Origin: Paramoeba atlantica
Lineage: Eukaryota > Protista > Discosea
DNA length: 64,000 bases
NCBI GenBank assembly: GCA_977017575.1
Contig: CDRNVI010000002.1
Location: 744,001 to 808,000 of the forward strand
Direction of reading: 5' to 3'
The notes beneath the pieces are model-generated. The model saw only the letters and a list, made by a program, of their open reading frames with translations, did no database searches and was not told the DNA's origin. Position numbers and translations under genes: made by a program. Shown piece after piece: positions 10,299 to 18,628 of the stretch (position 1 is the first letter of the stretch; every line of letters starts with the position of its first letter).

Positions 10299-11134
10299 TA
10301 GAGAGTTACGTACACCTTCAAAGCGTTGTCGAGCGTCCGAGCAACATGACGTCGAGCGTCTCGCAGTATGCGGGACTTTTCATCTTCTGCATTGGACTTG
10401 AACAGTACCGTAGGAGGAAGGGGAAGAGCTTTTCTGTTGTGAACATCGTAAACACCGGAAAGAAAAACAGTTATACTTTCCTTGTCGTTGGTGGTTACGA
10501 CTTGCACGTTACGAAGCCCTATGAGAGCCAATGTTACTCCCGTATTTTCACCATCAACGGGAAGAGACGTTTCATCCCCAAATATCACATACGCGTATGA
10601 ACGGACTTGATTTTGTATGTACAGCTGCCGTGCCCAAGCTCGTATTCGCGAGCCCACGTCGGAAGGACCCATGTAGTGGACACGTCCAAATCTTCGGTTT
10701 CTCCACCCGAAAAGACGCTTGAAGCGCTTGTATATGCGTTCCTTCGTCTCATCGGCAAAGCCTTGAAGCTGTATTCCGTATGTTTCCATAACGGGAAAGA
10801 CAAATGCCTTCGTTACAGCATGTTTACCATTGATTTCTTGGAGCAATTTAAGGTGCACTTTCCTTAAAATTGCCTTCCGCTCTTTGTTAAAGCCTCTCTG
10901 GCGCTTTCTTCCCTTGAGACCACGATTAATACGTGATTGATAAAAAGAGACACCGTTGCTTTTAATACTTCGGACAGTTCTTAAACTGATCCGATACTTT
11001 TCGCTCAGCTTTTTTGTGTCCAATCCGCTCAGGCACACATTCAACTTCTCTTGCATAGTCAAACACACTCTAGAGGTCCTAGGTGTGCTCATCGGAAGAG
11101 AATCAAGTGTGTTGGGGGGAGGACGGCTGGCCAC
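10298..11134 (-). CDS. pogo/Tigger-like transposase, C-terminally truncated (HTH domains and first catalytic Asp only)
   Basis: LTMQEKL..LSEKYRISLRTVRSIK HTH; YVIFGDETSL; DKESITVFLSG; LPPTVLFK; stop precedes the expected second and third acidic residues; first ATG at 11092. Confidence 0.78.
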   Translation of the reverse strand: MASRPPPNTLDSLPMSTPRTSRVCLTMQEKLNVCLSGLDTKKLSEKYRISLRTVRSIKSNGVSFYQSRINRGLKGRKRQRGFNKERKAILRKVHLKLLQEINGKHAVTKAFVFPVMETYGIQLQGFADETKERIYKRFKRLFGWRNRRFGRVHYMGPSDVGSRIRAWARQLYIQNQVRSYAYVIFGDETSLPVDGENTGVTLALIGLRNVQVVTTNDKESITVFLSGVYDVHNRKALPLPPTVLFKSNAEDEKSRILRDARRHVARTLDNALKVYVTL

Positions 11135-11751
11135 CGGGGGAAGTTCAGCGGAGAAGTCGTCAATGGTCTGAAGATCGGAAACAGCGAGGGAGATCCTTTA
11201 AAACAGCTGTGCGAAGATCTCTAATTAATGTGAAGACTCATCTTTTTAGAAGCGAAATCAAAAGAAATAGTAGTAGCGGCCCATAAACGTAAAAAGATAT
11301 CTGCATTTATTTTTTTCAAAAAAGGCGCAATAATGCTTTACTTTGACCAAAATGGCAAAAAAAAAATTTCCAAAATCGTTTCTCCTATTGAATTTTGATA
11401 CTTTGGGACCTATACTAGCTTTCTCCACAGCTGTTTTCGCCAGATATCCTTTCTACAAACCGTGGTATGCCCGCGAAAAATGACCCATTTTTGACTAAAA
11501 AAGGTGAAAAAGAATTTTTCGGACCCCAAGGGGAATTTTTGTGTCGAAAGAATGGTATGGTTAGAGTCGCATTCTCTATCCAATACGTTTGGTAGGCTTT
11601 CATTCATGCCTACGAGTGATATCCCGCACGCAAATGTCGGATTTAGTGCTTTGGGAGCAAAAATACGCAAAAATCACCCCATTTTTACCCGAAAATTTTG
11701 GCTATAATATTTCTATTTTCTTCGGCTTTCCAGGCTCAATTTTCTTTTTTA

Positions 11752-11846
11752 GGCTCTTCGTTAAACGCGGTGGTAGTTTTCAACGCGAAGCGCGCAGCAT
11801 GAGTGACTTCTAAGTTGAAAACAACCACCGCGTTTAACGAAGAGCC
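11752..11846. mobile_element. 95-bp fold-back/MITE-like hairpin, copy 2 (inverted relative to copy 1)
   Basis: Reverse complement of 7965-8059 with 2 mismatches; TA on both sides. Confidence 0.85.
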
Positions 11847-12445
11847 TAAAAAAGTGTTATAAAAAAATAGCCTAAATAAAGTGTTACTAGATATAAATTT
11901 ATACAAATTTATACTGTATTTGACATAGTTCTTCAGTAAATGACAAAGAATCATCCGAGAATTACTTTCCTTAAACTTCTATTACTATTGACTGATTGCA
12001 GTGGGTTGCATAACTACCACTCTACCCTCAATTATTGAAAATTTATTTAAAAAAAGTGAACAAAAATAGTGAAAAATAGAGAAACACGGCAAAAAAGGAA
12101 AAAAGGTAATAGAGAACAAAATAATGAAGAAATGAAATGCGAAAGGGGTGCCGGTGGTCCAAAATTAAAGTGTGTAATCATTACTAATGGTGTCCTCAAA
12201 AAGCTGTTTTTTAATCGCAAAAGCAAGTTCGGCCCCGCTTTGGGGCGCCTGTTTTCTTCGACTCACAAATATGTAGGGAAGGTGATTTTACTAACTTTTC
12301 CCACAATTGACAAATAAGTAGGGGGTGTGCAGCGACAATTATGTAGGAGGGGATAACAAGTGGAAAAGTCTTAAAAAGTCACCAAAAAAGGTTTTTTCGA
12401 CAAAAAAATATAATTTAAACCTGCATTTATAGTGCCGGTTACCCA

Positions 12446-12464
12446 AATTTTCTTTATCCTTCAG
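12446..12464 (+). promoter_or_regulatory. Candidate spliced-leader trans-splice acceptor (pyrimidine tract + AG) directly before the polymerase ATG
   Basis: aattttctttatccttcag|ATG. Confidence 0.55.
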
Positions 12465-15400
12465 ATGACAAAACTAGGCAATGTTCCATCCGTATTCATC
12501 CCTGCAATAGGTACAGCACGGTCACAAGAAAGATGTGCGTGGAATGTTTTGAACGAATCTGGTATGGAAGCAACGATTGTTATTCATCGGCGTGACGAGG
12601 AACTTTTTCGTAGGCTTGTCAAAAAAATGAGAGGTATTCGCCTTTGGGTTGCCCCCCGACGTTGCCACTCTTTTTCTCAACTTTGCAATTACATCATCAC
12701 TGAACTAGGAAAATCTCGGAACTGGGTATGGATTATTGATCAGCACGTGGAAGATTTTTGTTTCCCGGCGACACCCTCCCATGAGTACCGTTCTCTTTCA
12801 CCGCTAATTGCCCTGCTGCACCGCACTGAATGGGAAGATTGTCAATCACTTTCCACAGAAACCCCGGAAAGATCAATATCAATTATAGCACTAGAACGAT
12901 GTTCTGTATCAACAGGAGTGGTGGTACCTTTTTGCGAAGATTGTCAACCTTCTGCTATATGCATTAAGACCTCCATGGGAACATGTTTCCGTAGCAATCT
13001 TCGTGCAACGGATGATGTGCTCCTAGATGCAATGCGTAAGGGTCACAGTGTATGCTTTATTGGAACCGTTGGTTGCGCGTTCAAAACGGGTGTAAACCGC
13101 TACACGGAGCACATCCTAAACTACTCCATGTTGCCGGCGCAGGTAGAAAAAGAAAGATCGCAGTTTGAAAAACGATGGAGTTTCTTGACTATAAAAGCGC
13201 GGTCGCCCCGGTACTCTGTTTCATGGGAAAACGTCGAAAAGCATTTTGGCGAGCATAATGAAGATGACTCAGCTGTTACTGAAAATTCTTTGGAGTCGAG
13301 GCGTAACACAGGTTCGTCACCACGTACAAGCCGCTTTGCAGATGTAGGAAATGTTTCCTCGAAGGCTGGATCGCTTGATGAGGCGGGGCAGCAGATAAGG
13401 GGCACCAGCACCGACACGCTTCCAAATAAATATTTTTTGAGATCCAAAGGAACAAATTCTCGCGAACCCTTCCTGTGGGATGTGGGTAAATCGTTTTTTA
13501 AAAGAAAGAGACAAACCCAGAAAAAATGTCCCTTAGATACTTGGGATGTAGGTGGTAAATTTCTTTATGAGAAGTCACTTCCTTCAACAAAAGTGTGTCT
13601 TAAGCCTATTTCAATTTCAAGAGGTATTGAGACGTCTGAAATGATGTCTAGTCAGCCTGAATCGAAATCTGCCCAGGGGAGAAGCGGTACAACAAAATGT
13701 CAAACGTCTTCCGCAAAATCGAAGGACAGTGTGTCTGAGTATCCGACAAATCTAACTTCTGAAAATTCATCCAGAGATCTACTTGAAGATATGCCTACGC
13801 GAATCTCAACTAGTATGCCACAAAAAGATATTGAAAAAGAGCTTCCTATGAAAATTGGGATCGAAGACGAGATTATCAATCCCTTTGATTTTAACAATAC
13901 TAATCATGATCTAAGTTTTCTATTAGAGCAACTAAGAACGCATTCTACGGAATACAATGAGAGCTGTAGCCCCGACATCGACAAGGTGCAAAGTCATTGG
14001 GTTGGCATCATAGGAGTCGAATACGCCTCCCTAATATGTTTTTGGGGAGGTAACATTTACGTTGTTGACATGGCGTCACCCACAAACGTAGATCAGCTAA
14101 TCGAAATATTTTCTTTGTCAGTTGATAAAATAGTTGTAGGAGCTCAACCGATTTACCGCAGTCTACTTCGACACTTGCGTGGTACGCCGCTTTACGACAC
14201 GTTTTACCCTTCTATGATTCAAGACCTTTCAATTTCATCTTTTCTTCTTGGGCACCGCTCGCTAACTGTAGATTCACTCCCCGAACACGCACGTAATCTA
14301 GGATGTGATGTAGTTGAAGTTCGGTTTCCTCAAATTTTACGTGACATCTCATTCCAACACAAAAAATTGTTACAAAATGAGAATTTGTTCTCTGTGTGTA
14401 GTACCGCGAACGAACTCGAGTTTGTTCTAGCCCGAATGCGCTGCGATGGACTATTGTTAGACTTACAAGAAATGATTCGAGTCAAATCCGAATGGCTCTC
14501 CCAGCTTGAATCCCCTTCCATTACAAAGGCCAACGAACGAAGTCTCATATCTCGTATCGGTAACTTAGAGAGCATTTTACACGAGACCGTTTCAAAATCA
14601 CTCACGGAATCCGATTGTGCGCTACGAGAAATTCACCCTTGTTATCGTCAGACCACGCGAACGGGTCGCATCATGTGTTCACGGCCCAATATTCAAACCT
14701 TTCCAAAAGAAACCCTTGTGAACGGGGCGAGCAGTTCGGGATTACGAACAGCTCTACGTCCACCGCTTGGCATGGTATGGGTCTCTCTGGATTACAGCCA
14801 TTTAGAACTCCGTCTCCTGGCACACTTTGCAAACGATGACGTTCTCAAGGAAATGTTTATCCACGATGTCGATGTTCACGCACACTTCGCCTCCTTGTTG
14901 GAACAGAAACCAACGGAGGCGATTACCCATGACGAGAGAGAGCGGGCCAAACTTCTGATTTATAGTTATCTTCATGGAGCAAAAGTTGAACGGCTTGCTG
15001 CATCCACGGGTCTCGGCTGGGAGCGTGTCTCGGCATTTCTTTCTCGGTGTCAGGAGACTCACCCAAGGCTTACGGCTTTTCGGGCATCCGTGAAACAAGA
15101 ATGTGAGGTAAATGGTGTAGTTCGTACGCTATGTGGCACAAGGGGTAACTTTCCTCCTATTACGACAGGGGATGAGCCCGACCCGTGGCTCTATACCCAG
15201 GCGGTGAGTTTTATGATCCAAGGATCTGCTGCGGATATTATGAAAAAGCTGCTTTGTACTCTTTTTCGCATGTCCCAAGCCCACACGCCGTGTCCATTTT
15301 ATGTAGCATTCCAATTGTTTGACGAAGTAGTCTTAGGGGTGGATAAGAGACTCTTGTCCTACGCGCTGCCTCGTATTTTAAAAGAAGCGGAAAGTGTAGT

Positions 15401-15542
15401 GGCTCTTTCTGTGCCTCTTCGTTGTACCGTTCGAGTGGGTAAGAATTTTGGGGCAATGCAACGTTTGGGTCGAACTCGACTACTTAACGTCGATAACACC
15501 AACGCTGGAAACAATCTTTTTACAAGAAATACATGGAGATAG
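12465..15542 (+). CDS. Family A (Pol theta/nu-like) DNA polymerase with an N-terminal GREB1/JGT-like GT-A domain
   Basis: TTRTGRIMCSRPNIQTFPK, motif A SLDYSHLELRLLAHF, motif B RERAKLLIYSYLHG, IQGSAADIMK and motif C FQLFDEV; first ATG at 12465. Confidence 0.88.
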   Translation: MTKLGNVPSVFIPAIGTARSQERCAWNVLNESGMEATIVIHRRDEELFRRLVKKMRGIRLWVAPRRCHSFSQLCNYIITELGKSRNWVWIIDQHVEDFCFPATPSHEYRSLSPLIALLHRTEWEDCQSLSTETPERSISIIALERCSVSTGVVVPFCEDCQPSAICIKTSMGTCFRSNLRATDDVLLDAMRKGHSVCFIGTVGCAFKTGVNRYTEHILNYSMLPAQVEKERSQFEKRWSFLTIKARSPRYSVSWENVEKHFGEHNEDDSAVTENSLESRRNTGSSPRTSRFADVGNVSSKAGSLDEAGQQIRGTSTDTLPNKYFLRSKGTNSREPFLWDVGKSFFKRKRQTQKKCPLDTWDVGGKFLYEKSLPSTKVCLKPISISRGIETSEMMSSQPESKSAQGRSGTTKCQTSSAKSKDSVSEYPTNLTSENSSRDLLEDMPTRISTSMPQKDIEKELPMKIGIEDEIINPFDFNNTNHDLSFLLEQLRTHSTEYNESCSPDIDKVQSHWVGIIGVEYASLICFWGGNIYVVDMASPTNVDQLIEIFSLSVDKIVVGAQPIYRSLLRHLRGTPLYDTFYPSMIQDLSISSFLLGHRSLTVDSLPEHARNLGCDVVEVRFPQILRDISFQHKKLLQNENLFSVCSTANELEFVLARMRCDGLLLDLQEMIRVKSEWLSQLESPSITKANERSLISRIGNLESILHETVSKSLTESDCALREIHPCYRQTTRTGRIMCSRPNIQTFPKETLVNGASSSGLRTALRPPLGMVWVSLDYSHLELRLLAHFANDDVLKEMFIHDVDVHAHFASLLEQKPTEAITHDERERAKLLIYSYLHGAKVERLAASTGLGWERVSAFLSRCQETHPRLTAFRASVKQECEVNGVVRTLCGTRGNFPPITTGDEPDPWLYTQAVSFMIQGSAADIMKKLLCTLFRMSQAHTPCPFYVAFQLFDEVVLGVDKRLLSYALPRILKEAESVVALSVPLRCTVRVGKNFGAMQRLGRTRLLNVDNTNAGNNLFTRNTWR

Positions 15543-15824
15543 TTGATGCACTTAATAATTTCTTACGAGTTATCAGCTATTGATAGAGCGTTTTTAACAA
15601 TACATAAAAAAATTACGTAAAGGCACAGCAAAAATCAGGATTCAAAAAAATGTACATGAACGCAGACCAAGCTTTTGGTACCCACTATTTAATAAGAATT
15701 ATTGCTCATTTATTTACTAAGCTCATGACATTCCGAAACTTTAGGCTGATCAGTCTACCGTTGTAGTACCGATCCAGTGGGCTCAAGACCACGTTTTAGA
15801 CACATTTTTGGTCGCGATTGACAA

Positions 15825-17738
15825 ATGTGTGAGCTTTCCTCCGTTATTACAAGATGGTGCGACCAGCAGGAATTACTTATTGACTCGGAAAAAAATGCAT
15901 CCGAATTAAAAGGGGCACGTTCACATGCAATACGCGGTCATATCGAGCAAGTTATTGCCGTACTCGACGAAGCATATCATTTTCATATTCAACTTGCTAA
16001 GAAGCAAGAAAAAAATCCTTACCGTCCGCGTGAGTCAGTTAGATTACAGCGACATGATCCAACAGACAAGAAGCCTATCTCGTCAACTTCATGCACTAGG
16101 CAAGACAAAAGAAAATTAAATGGAGTCGTCATACAAGTGGGAGCAGGAAATATCGTGCTTGCCGTGCAGGATTTCGATTTTACATCTGAATGGGGTATGG
16201 ATGTGGAAGTAACTCTAACGTCATGTCCTGATGAACTTACCTTTCGACGACTTCGACGTGTATTGGGATCCGAAGAGCCCAGCATACGCGTCTTGCAACC
16301 AATGTTTCCTACACATGCTGATATTGTTTTTGGGAAGTCTGATAAAATTCCAGAGCCTGACGCAGATAAACAAAATAGTATAGAGCTTTTCAACTCCTCA
16401 TTGAATGAAGCACAGCAGCGTGCTGTACTAGGTGCTCTACATTCACCAAACATTCACATTATCCACGGTCCTCCAGGAACCGGAAAGACCACTACAATTT
16501 GTGAAATTGTTCGCCAGATGACCATTCGTCAAAATTTTCGTATTCTGGTTTGCGCACCATCAAATGTAGCCGTGGATAACATTCTGCTTAGCTTGAGCAA
16601 CACAAGGCTTTCCAGCAAAGGCATCCGTCCGATTCGATTAGGTCACGTCGGTCGAGTACATCCCAATATGGCGCAGTATACCTTAAATGAGTTACTCCGC
16701 TCGCACGAGCAAAACGAGGTTCTTTGCGATATACAACAAGATATTAACAAACTTCTCAAAGAGCGATGCACCGGTAGGTCTAAATACAGTGAAATCAAGA
16801 AATTACGTAATGAACTGCGAATGAGAGAACGAAAAGCGACAGAGCAACTGATCATGTCGGCAAACATGATTACATGCACGTGTAGCTCTGCGGCCCACTA
16901 TCTTGTACAACAAGACTGTTTTGATGCCGTTCTAATTGATGAGGCATCACAGTCGCTTTTTGTTGAAAGTTTCATCCCTTTGCTTCGAGCCACCCGATGG
17001 ATTCTTGTTGGGGATCCGTGTCAGTTACCTCCTACGGTGCTAAGCGGCTCTAAAGAGCTCGAAAAAACACTTATGGGTCATTTATTGTCTAAGGAAAAAG
17101 AAACTCCGAATATTTTATCCTTACTCGATACGCAATATCGTATGCATGAAGAGATTTGTGGGTGGAGTAATCAGGAGTTCTATGAAGAAAAACTAAAAAC
17201 GGATGTATCCTCAGCGAGCGCTCTTCTGTGTGATTTGCCAAATGTTGAATCCACCTACGAGACCTGCAGCGCTATTATGTTTGCAGACACCAGGGAAATG
17301 GGTCTTGGAGAGAGTTCTTCGTCCTCAGGAAGCAAAGAAAGTTTTGGGGAATCTATGCTGGTGGAACAGCACGTGCGAAGTTTGAAGTCTGCTGGAATTG
17401 CTCTCAGTTCGATCGGAGTTATCACACCGTACTCCGCTCAGGCAAAGCTGATTTCTGAAAGCTTACGTGCTGAGATCGATCCTGACTCCAACGTTGAAGT
17501 TAGTACAGTGGATGCATTCCAGGGAAGAGAAAAACTAGCGGTCATTCTATCTTTAGTGCGTTCCAACGTGGAAGGAGAGGTTGGATTTCTATCAGATTCT
17601 CGTCGGATGAATGTAGCCTTGACTAGGGCACAGAGACATCTCTTGATAATAGGAGACTCTGACACCATGAACCGGGATTCCGGGCTGCGAAAACTTTGTT
17701 CTTATTTAGAAGAAATAGCTTCGTATGTCCAGATTTAG
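15825..17738 (+). CDS. IGHMBP2: SF1B (Upf1-like) helicase, IGHMBP2/SMUBP-2/Hcs1 type
   Basis: LNEAQQRAV, IHGPPGTGKTTT, CAPSNVAVDN, IDEASQ, GDPCQLPPTV, QYRMH, ITPYSAQ, TVDAFQGREK and RRMNVALTRA motifs. Confidence 0.9.
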   Translation: MCELSSVITRWCDQQELLIDSEKNASELKGARSHAIRGHIEQVIAVLDEAYHFHIQLAKKQEKNPYRPRESVRLQRHDPTDKKPISSTSCTRQDKRKLNGVVIQVGAGNIVLAVQDFDFTSEWGMDVEVTLTSCPDELTFRRLRRVLGSEEPSIRVLQPMFPTHADIVFGKSDKIPEPDADKQNSIELFNSSLNEAQQRAVLGALHSPNIHIIHGPPGTGKTTTICEIVRQMTIRQNFRILVCAPSNVAVDNILLSLSNTRLSSKGIRPIRLGHVGRVHPNMAQYTLNELLRSHEQNEVLCDIQQDINKLLKERCTGRSKYSEIKKLRNELRMRERKATEQLIMSANMITCTCSSAAHYLVQQDCFDAVLIDEASQSLFVESFIPLLRATRWILVGDPCQLPPTVLSGSKELEKTLMGHLLSKEKETPNILSLLDTQYRMHEEICGWSNQEFYEEKLKTDVSSASALLCDLPNVESTYETCSAIMFADTREMGLGESSSSSGSKESFGESMLVEQHVRSLKSAGIALSSIGVITPYSAQAKLISESLRAEIDPDSNVEVSTVDAFQGREKLAVILSLVRSNVEGEVGFLSDSRRMNVALTRAQRHLLIIGDSDTMNRDSGLRKLCSYLEEIASYVQI

Positions 17739-18063
17739 ACTCGTACTTCGGTTGGTAATTTCGGTTGAGTACTTCGGTTGAGAAAGTGGAACTCTCAAAC
17801 GGATTCTCCTATTTCAAAATTACATTTCACGAACAGAACGCGATATTTGTCTTACAGTTTTACCTCGAAAAACTACCTCATAAACATGGCGAGCAAACAA
17901 AATGCTTTTATTACCCCTCTGATCAAAAATAAAGGAAAATGAAAATCCAGAGAGGGGGAATTTTTTTTTCCCTTTGTTTTTGATCATGATAGAGAAAATA
18001 TGAAGTATAGCACTGCAGTTGTGTAGTACCTTTGTCCGCTTACAACGTAAGATGTTATCTACT

Positions 18064-18288
18064 TCAAAAATTCTCTTCGGTGGTTCTCTTCGTGGTTCTT
18101 CGGAAAACTTGACTTGACTGAGCAGTTGTTTTTGAAGACTTGAGCCGAATACCAAGTTTGTTAATCCATCTACGAAATGTTGAATAAGAAGGGCTATGAC
18201 CATCACACGTCCCACGAAGCGATGATGCATGAGTTATCGCTTGGCGTCCACTTTCACGTTCTATCCTTGCCTTTTTTGGAGGTGCCAT
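18064..18288 (-). pseudogene. Possible decayed transposase N-terminal fragment
   Basis: MAPPKK.. start and PSYSTFRRWINKLGIRLK resembling an IS630/Tc1 winged-HTH; antisense like the other transposons; T-rich upstream on the - strand. Confidence 0.3.
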
Positions 18289-18628
18289 GATCAGAAATAC
18301 AAAGTCTAGTAAGAAAATGTGTAAGTAAGAAAATTCGAAGAGTGGGAATGAATTTGGCTATAAGAGAAAAATGACTAGAGTGACCAATAAAGGTGAAGAA
18401 AAGATCAAAAAGGTAAAAAGGTAAATATCGATCAGAATCCATTTTCTTTTATTTTTAATCAGGGAGTAGTCATTTTTTTAAGCATATTTGAGGCCCACAA
18501 GTCTATTAAAAAGTGCGTATAAAAGTCCCTAAAACATTATACGGTACTTTCTAGTAAAATTTGCACATGTCTTCTGGTCAAATACTCCAATAACAAATTA
18601 GAGAAACTCTAAATCATCTTGCAGCGTT

